Under the pieces are notes generated by a model. It was not told the origin of the DNA and did no database searches. It saw only the letters and a list, made by a program, of their open reading frames with translations. A program made the position numbers and the translations under genes. A DNA stretch of 64,000 bases from an archaeon (GTDB lineage Archaea > Nanobdellota > Nanobdellia > Pacearchaeales > GW2011-AR1): assembly GCA_018653485.1 (NCBI GenBank), contig JABHZE010000006.1:196491-260490 (forward strand), read 5' to 3'. Positions within the stretch are counted from its first letter, which is position 1; the number at the start of each line of letters is the position of its first letter. Below, piece by piece: positions 1 to 8,476 of the stretch.

Positions 1-27
1 TATTAATATATATTTAGTGGATTTCTT

Positions 28-1485
28 ATGGTAAAGAAAAAATATTATATTACAACTGCAATAGATTATGTTAATGCAGAACCTCATATAGGGCATGCAT
101 ATCAGAAAATTATAGCTGATGCTCTTGCTCGTTGGCATAAGTTAAAAGGTGAGGAAGTGTTTTTTTTGACTGGAACAGATGAGCATGGGAAAAAAGTTCA
201 AAAAGCTGCTGAAAAAGCTGGAAAAACTCCTAAAGAATTTGTAGATGAAGTTTCTGTAAAATTTAAAGAAGCTTGGAAGTCTTTAGATATTCAACCAAAT
301 AGATTTATTAGAACTAGTGATGCAGATCATCAAAAAATAGTTAAGGAATTTATTAAAAAATGTGATAAGAATGGGGATATTTACAAGGGAAAATATGAGG
401 GATGGTATTGTGTTGGGTGTGAAGCTTATTATACTGAAAGAGATGCCCCTGGTTTTGTTTGTCCGATTCATAAAAAGCCTTTAGAAAAATTAGAAGAAGA
501 ATCTTATTTTTTTAAGTTAAGTAAATATCAGGATTTTTTATTGAAATTATATAAGGAACATCCTGAATTTGTTCTTCCAAATTCAAGAAGAAATGAAGTT
601 ATTAATAGGGTTAAAGAAGGATTGAATGATTTTAGTATAACTAGAACTTCTTTTGATTGGGGGATTCCATTTCCATTAGAAAAGGGACATGTAATCTATG
701 TATGGTTTGATGCTTTGATTAATTATTATAGTGCTACAAGAAAAAAAGGAAATGAGAAATTTTGGCCTGCAAATGTTCATTTACTTGGAAAAGATAATAC
801 TTGGTTTCATACTGTTTATTGGCCTGCAATGTTAAAATCAGCAGGAATAGAACTTCCAAAGACAACTTTTAATCATGGGTTTATTTCTTTTAATGGGCAG
901 AAAATTTCAAAATCATTAGGAAATGCAATTTCTCCTAAAACATTAGTGGAGAAATATGGTGCTGATTCTGTTAGATATTTTTGTATAAGAAATTTTCCAT
1001 TTGGTTCTGGAGATGATGGTGATTTTGATGAAAAAGTTTTAATTGAAAGGCATAATAATGAATTAGCAAATAAGTTAGGTAATTTAGTTAGTAGGGTTCG
1101 TGGTTTGGTTGAGAAAAATGGGTTAGAAAAATGTGAAAATAAACTTTTGAAAAAATTAAAAGTAGATAAAATTTCTAAACTTATTGATAATTTTGAATTA
1201 GATAAAGCATTGAATGAAATTTTTGCATTTATTGATATTTGTAATGAGTATGTTCAGAGTAAAAAACCATGGGAAACTAAAGATAAAAAAGTTCTTTATG
1301 AGTTAGTAGATAGTATTAAGGCAATTGCAATTCTATTGTTTCCTTTCATACCTGAAACTTCAGGGAAAATTGCAAAGCAATTTGATTTTGAATTACTATT
1401 GAAGAATATTGATAAACCTATTAAAGTGAAAGATATTAAGAAGGGTGAGATTCTTTTTAGGAAAATTGAATTGAAAGATATATAA
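28..1485 (+). CDS. metG: Methionyl-tRNA synthetase, core enzyme lacking the C-terminal tRNA-binding appendage
   Basis: Class I HIGH motif (EPHIGHAY), KMSKS-type motif (KISKSLGN), and a Cys knuckle (CVGCEAYY...CPIH). Confidence 0.93.
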   Translation: MVKKKYYITTAIDYVNAEPHIGHAYQKIIADALARWHKLKGEEVFFLTGTDEHGKKVQKAAEKAGKTPKEFVDEVSVKFKEAWKSLDIQPNRFIRTSDADHQKIVKEFIKKCDKNGDIYKGKYEGWYCVGCEAYYTERDAPGFVCPIHKKPLEKLEEESYFFKLSKYQDFLLKLYKEHPEFVLPNSRRNEVINRVKEGLNDFSITRTSFDWGIPFPLEKGHVIYVWFDALINYYSATRKKGNEKFWPANVHLLGKDNTWFHTVYWPAMLKSAGIELPKTTFNHGFISFNGQKISKSLGNAISPKTLVEKYGADSVRYFCIRNFPFGSGDDGDFDEKVLIERHNNELANKLGNLVSRVRGLVEKNGLEKCENKLLKKLKVDKISKLIDNFELDKALNEIFAFIDICNEYVQSKKPWETKDKKVLYELVDSIKAIAILLFPFIPETSGKIAKQFDFELLLKNIDKPIKVKDIKKGEILFRKIELKDI

Positions 1486-1499
1486 AATATAATTTTAAA

Positions 1500-1769
1500 A
1501 TGGATAAAATAGATGATTTAAATGAATTTAGAAAAGAGATTGATGAAATTGATTCTGAGATATTAAAGTTACTTGGGAGAAGGCATAGGGTTGTTAAGAA
1601 AGTTAAAAAATATAAAAAGGAAAATAATATTGAAGTTGTAGATTTGAATAGGGAAAAAATTATTTTTGAGAGATTAAAAAAGATTGCTAAAAAGTATGAG
1701 TTAGAAAGTGGAAGTGTTGAAGATGTATTTAGAGCGATAATAAGTAATTCTAGAAAATTGCAAAAGTAG
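1500..1769 (+). CDS. AroQ-type (type II) chorismate mutase, stand-alone 89 aa
   Basis: The all-helical pattern LNEFRKEIDEIDSEILKLLGRR...NREKIIFERL...SRKLQ matches the AroQ consensus. It starts 14 nt after metG. Confidence 0.75.
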   Translation: MDKIDDLNEFRKEIDEIDSEILKLLGRRHRVVKKVKKYKKENNIEVVDLNREKIIFERLKKIAKKYELESGSVEDVFRAIISNSRKLQK

Positions 1770-1812
1770 TTTTGTGAGATTTATGAGAGAAAATTTTGAA
1801 TAGTTATTAAAC

Positions 1813-1980
1813 TTAGAGAAATCCCCTTCCTAAAGGAAGGGGATGGAAGGTAATTTCTCTAGCATCAAAAACCGAAACAAGCCCCCGCCTTAGAGAATTA
1901 AAATTCTCTAATTCTTCAACTCTCTTTTTGATAACGAGTTGAAGTCTTTAGGCAGGGGTTATAAACCGAAGGTTTTTGAC
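1813..1980. ncRNA. Candidate structured RNA of unknown class (multi-stem element in a 264-nt spacer)
   Basis: Nested complementarity: TAGAGAAAT/ATTTCTCTA encloses CCCCTTCC-taaa-GGAAGGGG. CAAAAACC (1865)/GGTTTTTG (1971) encloses GCCCCCGCC/GGCAGGGGT, which in turn encloses the hairpins TTAGAGAATT/AATTCTCTAA and CTTCAACTC/GAGTTGAAG. Confidence 0.3.
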
Positions 1981-2033
1981 AGTATGTTTAGTTACATAAA
2001 TCCATAAAAACTCTCTAGTTCTTTATTAGCAAA

Positions 2034-3071
2034 ATGAAAGCTTATAATCAAACTAAGGGAAGGAGATATCCTGAAAATTATCCTGTTAAAATCAAGAATC
2101 CTTTTTTAGAAGATTTTACTAGGATAAGACATTCAAAATCTTATCGAAGATTAGCTGATAAGACTCAGGTTATTAGTTTACCTCGGAATGTTTATACTAG
2201 AACAAGATTAACTCATACTGGAGAGGTTGTTGCAGTGTCTACAACTATCTCTGAGGCATTAGGATTGAATACTTCTCTTTGTATGGCAATTGCAGAAGGA
2301 CATGATATTGGGCATGTTCCTTATGGGCATTTAGGAGAAGAAATAATCTCTGAAATTTTAGGAAAGTCATTTAAACATCCTGTTGGAGGAGTAGTTGTTG
2401 CACAACATATTGAGAAAGATAAGGGAAAGGGATTAAATTTAACTTTTGAAACATTGCAAGGAATTTTACATCATTCAAGAACAGATTCTGTGGATTTAGT
2501 TGGAGATCCTAATTTGCCTCAAGAATATGCAGTAGTTATGTTTGCAGATAAAATTGCTTATACTTTTTCTGATTTAAATGATGCAATAAGATATGGATTT
2601 TTGAAAAAAGATGAATTGCCAAAATTTATAAGAAGTTTAGGAAAAAATCAGGATCAGAAAATGTATAATGTTTTGCAATCTCTGATTGAGGAAAGTAAAT
2701 TGCAGGGAAGGGTTGGTTTTAATAATAGTGAAATTTATCAAGATTTTAAGAAGACAAGAGAGTTTATGTTTAAACATGTCTATAAGGCAATAGATCATAG
2801 TATTAAGAAAGTTATTTTAAATAAGGCTTATGAATTTTTGTCAACAGAGCCTAAATTTTCAAGAGTTAATCCAGAAGCAGCATTATTAATGTTAACTGAT
2901 AGACAATTAGATGTTTTAGGGAGAGCTGTTAATGAGAAAGGTAGATGTACTATGAGTGATATTAGGGGATTAGGACTTTCAGATTCAATTGCAATTTTAA
3001 GAGATAAAAAAATAGATTTGACAAATCCTGATTTGGGGTGGGGTGAGAAAAGGATTCCTGTTAAGGTTTGA
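2034..3071 (+). CDS. dGTPase-like HD-domain dNTP triphosphohydrolase
   Basis: FTRIRHSKSYRRLADKTQV...RTRLTHTGEV...GHDIGHVPYGH matches the Dgt/HD family signature. Confidence 0.8.
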   Translation: MKAYNQTKGRRYPENYPVKIKNPFLEDFTRIRHSKSYRRLADKTQVISLPRNVYTRTRLTHTGEVVAVSTTISEALGLNTSLCMAIAEGHDIGHVPYGHLGEEIISEILGKSFKHPVGGVVVAQHIEKDKGKGLNLTFETLQGILHHSRTDSVDLVGDPNLPQEYAVVMFADKIAYTFSDLNDAIRYGFLKKDELPKFIRSLGKNQDQKMYNVLQSLIEESKLQGRVGFNNSEIYQDFKKTREFMFKHVYKAIDHSIKKVILNKAYEFLSTEPKFSRVNPEAALLMLTDRQLDVLGRAVNEKGRCTMSDIRGLGLSDSIAILRDKKIDLTNPDLGWGEKRIPVKV

Positions 3072-3076
3072 TTGTT

Positions 3077-3502
3077 TTAGTGATTTGAATCTGTTTTAAC
3101 TTCTGCTTTATCAAAAGGCAGACCAAAACTATTAACTGTTTTTTCTAAATCGTCTAGAGAATTAGCATTGGTAAAACGTATATTAAAAACAGGCATTTTA
3201 GGGTTTTCTTGATAACCTCTTCTAGAGACTGTTGCTAAATTACCAGAACCATTAATATAATTATCAATTCTATTTTTAAATTCATCATTTGTATAATTTC
3301 CAGTAACCCATTCTTTTGCAATTCTTTCTGCAATTTCTGGGAGATTAGGAGAATACATTACTCCAACACCCTTGCAAGTTTCAGCATGTGCTTTATCACC
3401 GATATAACATAAACTAAACCCAAAATTATGTTCTAAACTTGTCATAATCTTAGTAAGAATTATTAGTTTAAAAAGAAATATATAATCTAAAATAATATTC
3501 AT
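3077..3502 (-). CDS. Hypothetical protein; the more likely start is the internal ATG at 3445
   Basis: Long ORF in an operon-like minus-strand run. I recognise no motif. Confidence 0.5.
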   Translation of the reverse strand: MNIILDYIFLFKLIILTKIMTSLEHNFGFSLCYIGDKAHAETCKGVGVMYSPNLPEIAERIAKEWVTGNYTNDEFKNRIDNYINGSGNLATVSRRGYQENPKMPVFNIRFTNANSLDDLEKTVNSFGLPFDKAEVKTDSNH

Positions 3503-4095
3503 TATCTTTTCTTAAAAATCCATAAAGTAAAAGCACCTAAAATTGCTCCAAGAGCATTAAACACAATATCCCATGCAGTATTGTAATATCCTCCAACACC
3601 TGTTTCTTTTAGAAAGAGAACTGGAAGGAATTCTGCTATTTCATTAAATGCACCGATTCCTATTGCAGTTAATGTTATTACTGGATAAAGGATATACATA
3701 TTTGGTTTTTTATTAAGGTTGTTTTTTATTAAATGCCAGATTACGAAAATCATTACAAAATATAGATAAGCGTGAACAAATTGGTCGTATTTTAAAATAT
3801 AGAAATGTTCATGCGCCCAAATCGGAATCATATGGAAGGCATATAAAACTTTTCCTTTAACAATTAATCCTCCTCCGGCCATGTGCATTAAACCCCATGC
3901 AGATAAGGCCCATAGAATTGGATATGAAAATTTAGTTATTCTTTGTGTAAAGAATAATAATCCAAAAATGAGTAACATTATTACAATATACCAAAGGAAT
4001 TCAATATTTTTTATTTTAAGATAATATGTTGAGAAAGCTATTATGTAAATTAAGTTGAATATAATTAGTAACCACTCACCTTTTTTTATTGTCAT
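3502..4095 (-). CDS. Multi-pass integral membrane protein
   Basis: About 6 hydrophobic segments; no catalytic motif recognised. Confidence 0.65.
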   Translation of the reverse strand: MTIKKGEWLLIIFNLIYIIAFSTYYLKIKNIEFLWYIVIMLLIFGLLFFTQRITKFSYPILWALSAWGLMHMAGGGLIVKGKVLYAFHMIPIWAHEHFYILKYDQFVHAYLYFVMIFVIWHLIKNNLNKKPNMYILYPVITLTAIGIGAFNEIAEFLPVLFLKETGVGGYYNTAWDIVFNALGAILGAFTLWIFKKR

Positions 4096-4139
4096 GTTTG
4101 ATGAAGGGGATGGGAGTTATTAAATGTTTTTGGTGGAGT

Positions 4140-4472
4140 TTAACTAACCTTAGCACCTTGCTCAATTACTCCATCTGTTTGGAGAAGCTTAACTTCACTT
4201 TTATCTCCATTAGATGCTGCTAGAATCATACCGTGGCTTTCAATGCCTTTGATTTTTTTGGGTGCTAGGTTTGCGAAAAAGATGCATCTTTTTCCTTCTA
4301 ATTCATCTTTATTATAATGTGTTTTTAATCCTGCAACAATTGTTCTTGTTTCTGTTCCTAAATCTATTTTTAATTTGTAAAGTTTGTCTGCGCCGTCTAT
4401 ATCTTCTGCCTTTAGGATTTCTGCAGTTCTTATATCTAATTTTATCCAGTCTTCAAAATTTATTTCAGCCAT
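4140..4472 (-). CDS. Stand-alone tRNA-binding OB domain (Trbp111/CsaA/MetRS C-terminal-domain-like)
   Basis: KLDIRTAEILKAE...ADKLYKLKIDLG...RTIVAGL...FANLAPKKIKGIESHGMILAA matches the Trbp111/EMAPII-type domain. Confidence 0.85.
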   Translation of the reverse strand: MAEINFEDWIKLDIRTAEILKAEDIDGADKLYKLKIDLGTETRTIVAGLKTHYNKDELEGKRCIFFANLAPKKIKGIESHGMILAASNGDKSEVKLLQTDGVIEQGAKVS

Positions 4473-4473
4473 T

Positions 4474-5250
4474 TTATTTTAATCCTAGATTTTTTAATAT
4501 TTGTCCGATAACTCCTAATTGAATTGGAGGTTCTAGGTTTGTTTCTTCTCCTAAAACTCTTCTTGTGGCTCCAACATAAGTTCTTGTAGAATTACTTTTA
4601 GGATGTGTGTGAATAACTGCGTTTTTCATTACTTGTGATTCTCTTATCGCTTCTTCTTCTGGGATAATTCCTAAAATAGGAACTTCAAGCATGTCTTTAA
4701 TATTTGATATAGACATTTCTGTTCTTGCACCTCTGTATCTTGTGATTATTACTCCTAAAACTGGTTTATTCATTTCTTCTGCTAATTTAATTGTTTTAAG
4801 TGCATCTGTTACTGCAGGCATTTCAGGATTTGTTACTAAAATTATTTCATCTGCTGCATTTAATGAAGCTTTAGCTTCTTCGCCTAATCCTGCTGCAGAA
4901 TCTATGAGGATAAAATTAGTTATTTTTTTTAATTTTTTAACAACCTCTCCGAGTTTTTTATATTCAATTTTTTCTGTTTCTTTTAATGAAAGTGAAGCAG
5001 GGATTATCTTTGTTCCTGAGTCATGTTCATAAATTGCATCTTCTACTTGTGCTTGTCCATCTAAAACATGATTTAATGTAATTGGGACTATTGGGGCTCC
5101 TAAATGAATTCCTATATTAGGAGTTGTTAGATTTGCATCAATAATAGTAACATCTTCTCCAAGATGATTCATAGAAGTTCCTAAGTTTATGGTTGTGGTA
5201 GTTTTTCCTACTCCACCTTTTCCTGAAATTATTGCATATGCTTTAGCCAT
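4474..5250 (-). CDS. minD: MinD/ParA-family P-loop ATPase (archaeal MinD-like)
   Basis: Deviant Walker A SGKGGVGKTT. The start is set at MAKAYAIISGKGG (5250); the ORF extends to 5289. Confidence 0.85.
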   Translation of the reverse strand: MAKAYAIISGKGGVGKTTTTINLGTSMNHLGEDVTIIDANLTTPNIGIHLGAPIVPITLNHVLDGQAQVEDAIYEHDSGTKIIPASLSLKETEKIEYKKLGEVVKKLKKITNFILIDSAAGLGEEAKASLNAADEIILVTNPEMPAVTDALKTIKLAEEMNKPVLGVIITRYRGARTEMSISNIKDMLEVPILGIIPEEEAIRESQVMKNAVIHTHPKSNSTRTYVGATRRVLGEETNLEPPIQLGVIGQILKNLGLK

Positions 5251-5298
5251 TTTGTTTAAATCCTTGTAATTGCATATTATTTTGTGCAATTAAATTGC

Positions 5299-5754
5299 TT
5301 ATTTGGATGAGAGGAAAAGTTTGGTGTAATTTATAAATCTTTCTAGAATTTCAGCATATTCTTTTAATTTGTCTAAATTAACTGCAACTTCATCGCCTCT
5401 ATAGGTTATTCTTAAACAAACACCTTTTCTAAACTCTCCTTCTTTTGTATTTTTAAGAATATCAATAAGTTTGAACATTTCATATTCTCTTACTGCATCC
5501 ATTACATCTGGTTCATCTTTGAAAACTTCTTTTATTAAATCAAGCTTTAATTTAGGTGCACTTGGAATTTTTTTAACCATTTTCTTCTTTTTTGCTTTTT
5601 CAAGCAAGCCGTCAAAGGCAGAATCCATCATTATTTTCCATCTTCGAATTAGGTTAATCATAACATCGCATGTTTTTGTGTATTTCATGCTTACATAAAG
5701 TAAATGATCTGCACTAATTTTTTCCTTAATTATTTTTTCTAATATTTCTGTCAT
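5299..5754 (-). CDS. Helical hypothetical protein, paralog A of a pair upstream of minD
   Basis: Shares the N-terminal ADH(L/M)LYV(S/T) motif and overall layout with 5851-6312. Confidence 0.6.
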   Translation of the reverse strand: MTEILEKIIKEKISADHLLYVSMKYTKTCDVMINLIRRWKIMMDSAFDGLLEKAKKKKMVKKIPSAPKLKLDLIKEVFKDEPDVMDAVREYEMFKLIDILKNTKEGEFRKGVCLRITYRGDEVAVNLDKLKEYAEILERFINYTKLFLSSK

Positions 5755-5850
5755 TTGTATTTTGATAGTTTCCCTTTTGATTAATCCTTAAAAATTGAGA
5801 AAAGGGGGTTAAGTTTTAACGTGCAGGTTATATATAAATGTTTTGGGGTT

Positions 5851-6312
5851 TTATCTAACTTTCATAGATGTCTTGAGAAGTATTTCTTTTGCTAAAAGAA
5901 GGTGTTTTTTGACTTTAATTAAATCTAAAGTCTCTGTTTTAAGTGAATCTGATAAAATAACTACTTTTTCTTTTTTTATGAATTCCATTGCAGATTCTTG
6001 ATGTTGTTTGTTTAAGATTATTAATTTTTTTATTTGTTTTATTTGTTCATTAGATATTTCATAGTTTTTAGCGCATTTTGTTTCAAAAAGATTGAAATTA
6101 TCTCTCGGATTAGAATATAGTCTAATTCTTTTGTATAATGTTTCATAGTTTAAAATAGCATTAATGCAACTGATAATTGATTTATAGATTTCATCAAATA
6201 TTTTTAAAAGAAGTCTTTTTTCATTTACTAAAGGGTATGTTACATAAAGCATATGATCTGCAATTTTTAGAGTTCTTATTGCATTTTTTAGATTTTCTTG
6301 ATATTTTTCCAT
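5851..6312 (-). CDS. Helical hypothetical protein, paralog B
   Basis: LKIADHMLYVTYPL aligns with ISADHLLYVSMKYT in the neighbouring gene. Confidence 0.6.
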   Translation of the reverse strand: MEKYQENLKNAIRTLKIADHMLYVTYPLVNEKRLLLKIFDEIYKSIISCINAILNYETLYKRIRLYSNPRDNFNLFETKCAKNYEISNEQIKQIKKLIILNKQHQESAMEFIKKEKVVILSDSLKTETLDLIKVKKHLLLAKEILLKTSMKVR

Positions 6313-6385
6313 TGTAAAAAGGGGTTATCTTTCTAATATCGGGGTATAGATTAAAGGTAAAAAATCTTAATAAAATTATGTGTGG

Positions 6386-6898
6386 TTAAATTCTTGAAGG
6401 CATTCTTTGAAAAGGAGTTTGTTGTTTTGATAAGGGTATTGGGAATAATTTAAATTTTGCAGGTTTAATTTTTTCTAGTGATTCAACTTCTTCTTCATCA
6501 CATTTTAATAAGTTTGCTAATTCTTTTCTTGCTTTTTTAATTTCTTCTTTAGTGGTTTTGGTGATTATTACTTTATCTTTTATATAAATGTAAAATCCTT
6601 GAGTGCCATATGGTTTTTGAGAAAATCTTGCTTTTTCTTTGTATGTGTTTTGAAGTAACCTTGTTACTTGAATCATTTTTTCTTTTGAAGGAATTAATCC
6701 AATTGAATCTACCCAATTTGTTAAATCAAATCCAGCGCCACTAACATTTTGAGAGTGTTCTAATTCTTGGGTTATTAATTCATAATCTTCTAAATTAATT
6801 CTTTCATCTAAAACTCTAGCTAATTCAGGGGTTCTTCTATAAGCTAACATGCCTAAGTTATAAGTTATATTATATCTTTTCTCTGGAAATGAAACCAT
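6386..6898 (-). CDS. Hypothetical protein
   Basis: 170-aa ORF with no competing frame and no motif recognised. Confidence 0.5.
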   Translation of the reverse strand: MVSFPEKRYNITYNLGMLAYRRTPELARVLDERINLEDYELITQELEHSQNVSGAGFDLTNWVDSIGLIPSKEKMIQVTRLLQNTYKEKARFSQKPYGTQGFYIYIKDKVIITKTTKEEIKKARKELANLLKCDEEEVESLEKIKPAKFKLFPIPLSKQQTPFQRMPSRI

Positions 6899-6974
6899 TT
6901 TTTTATTGTAAAGAAATAAATTTACAAGAAGTTTATATATTTTGTTGTTTTAAGAAAGTAGAATTAGTGTTTTA

Positions 6975-7325
6975 TTAGCTGAGAGCTAATAAAGCGTCAG
7001 TCAAATCACCTTCTGCATCTTCAAGAGCTTTTTTAGCTTCTTCTTCAGAGCAGTTTGTTTTTTCAATTATTGTTTGAATATCTTCACTTGTTTTATCTTC
7101 TTCAGGCTTTTCTGATTCTTGAGTTGCTTCTTGTTCTGAAACATCTCCTGAGATTTGAAAATTTTCTTGTCCTTGCATATTAATTTTAACTACAGAAGGA
7201 TTGTCGATAATAATATTTTTATCTGATGTTTTGATGATAACTTGTTCTGCATCAATTTCTTCTTGAGCCATGCCCATTTGTTTCATCATTGCCTGCATTT
7301 TTTTTGGGTTTATTCCTGGAAACAT
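6975..7325 (-). CDS. nac: Nascent polypeptide-associated complex protein (NAC domain plus C-terminal UBA)
   Basis: MFPGINPKKMQAMMKQMGM...VIIKT...NPSVVKINMQGQENFQISG, followed by a UBA-like EEEAKKALEDAEGDLTDALLAL. Confidence 0.85.
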   Translation of the reverse strand: MFPGINPKKMQAMMKQMGMAQEEIDAEQVIIKTSDKNIIIDNPSVVKINMQGQENFQISGDVSEQEATQESEKPEEDKTSEDIQTIIEKTNCSEEEAKKALEDAEGDLTDALLALS

Positions 7326-7326
7326 T

Positions 7327-7503
7327 TTAAGGTGTAATTGTAATTGGGAAGAATAATTTTAAGATTGTTACAAATGCTACTGTGAGGATTATAAATAAAA
7401 CTACGTGTGATGGTTTAAGCATAAATCTACTTTTGTATTCTTCCTTATAGTTCATTAACCCGCCAAAAGAGCCGGGCATTTGAATTCCTGGTTGTTGTGC
7501 CAT
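7327..7503 (-). CDS. secG: Preprotein translocase subunit Sec61-beta (archaeal SecG), 58 aa, absent from the ORF track
   Basis: Hand translation gives MAQQPGIQMPGSFGGLMNYKEEYKSRFMLKPSHVVLFIILTVAFVTILKLFFPITITP. It has the GL(I/M)xY..E....(L/V)KP motif plus a single C-terminal TM typical of archaeal Sec61-beta. Confidence 0.75.
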   Translation of the reverse strand: MAQQPGIQMPGSFGGLMNYKEEYKSRFMLKPSHVVLFIILTVAFVTILKLFFPITITP

Positions 7504-7653
7504 TTTATATTTTGTTTGAATTGTTTATATGATTAATAGAGAAATAAGGTGTTTTTAAGGTTTTTGGAAGCTAAAAAACTCCAATATCTCCATACTCCAA
7601 AACCCCTATATACTACTTTCACATGGTTAACTAAAATAATTCTTTATTTTTAT

Positions 7654-8388
7654 TTATTTTTTAACATAATCAGCTTGAGCTCTTAATCTTTCCATATCAC
7701 TTTTTAATTGATTAAATTTTTTCTCTCTAAATATATATCCTTGTTCTAATCTTTCCATTATTATTGGGGAAGCATAAATTAATTGAGGGCTATATTTACC
7801 ATGAGTTATTGCTAAAACATTAAATCCTCTTTCTTCAATTTGTTTAGATAAACCAATTGATTCTATATAATGAGTATCTTCACTAACTAATCTAGGAGTT
7901 TTTAATCTAACTATTCCTTCAGGATTATCTAAGGATGCTAAAGTATGTCTATTAATATATCTAAGAGTGGTTCCCTCATCACATTTATCTATTGTTAGTT
8001 GTAATTTAGGATTATAAGAAAGTTCTTTAAGTTCTTGTTCTAAATCTTTTGGTGTTTTAAATCTTTTACGAGGATGCCATAACCAATGTTCTGATTCTCT
8101 AAATCTTCTTCCAAATGCAGGATGATTTGGATCTAATCCATAAATTTCTTCAGCAATTCTACTTACTATTGGACCTGTTACTTCTCCTGCCTCATTAAGT
8201 TCTTCTTGAGTTAATAAAAGAGGTTCATCATAAGCTTCATCACCTGCCCCTCTAACATCTTCACTAGTTTCTTCTGCAAGCCCATGAATTTTTACATTCC
8301 CTAAAATAGATCTTTCTTGATCAACTTCATATCTTGCTTGTTTTGGTAATCCTTTTTTCTTTTTCTTTGATTTCTTTTCTTTTCCCAT
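7654..8388 (-). CDS. Hypothetical protein with a lysine-rich N-terminus
   Basis: 244-aa ORF; no motif recognised. Confidence 0.5.
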   Translation of the reverse strand: MGKEKKSKKKKKGLPKQARYEVDQERSILGNVKIHGLAEETSEDVRGAGDEAYDEPLLLTQEELNEAGEVTGPIVSRIAEEIYGLDPNHPAFGRRFRESEHWLWHPRKRFKTPKDLEQELKELSYNPKLQLTIDKCDEGTTLRYINRHTLASLDNPEGIVRLKTPRLVSEDTHYIESIGLSKQIEERGFNVLAITHGKYSPQLIYASPIIMERLEQGYIFREKKFNQLKSDMERLRAQADYVKK

Positions 8389-8437
8389 GCTCTCTTTTAT
8401 CTATTCTTCCTTAAAAGCTTTTATTTGATTAACAACA

Positions 8438-8458
8438 ACTTTTAAAACCTTAAAAACT
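8438..8458 (+). promoter_or_regulatory. Putative TATA box for valS
   Basis: CTTTTAAAACCTTAAAAAC lies 20-38 nt upstream of the ATG at 8477, implying a short or absent leader. Confidence 0.4.
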
Positions 8459-8476
8459 TCAAGAATTTAGCATAAA

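Noticed and set aside
1836-4112. Shared purine 11-mer GAAGGGGATGG at about 1836 and about 4099
   Set aside because: It is a short purine-rich match with no flanking similarity. I judged it insufficient to call a repeat family.
4262-5032. Plus-strand ORFs 4262-4522 and 4691-5032 overlapping the tRNA-binding-domain and minD genes
   Set aside because: They are antisense shadow ORFs inside well-supported minus-strand genes. Their low-complexity L/F/I/S-rich translations are typical of AT-rich antisense frames.
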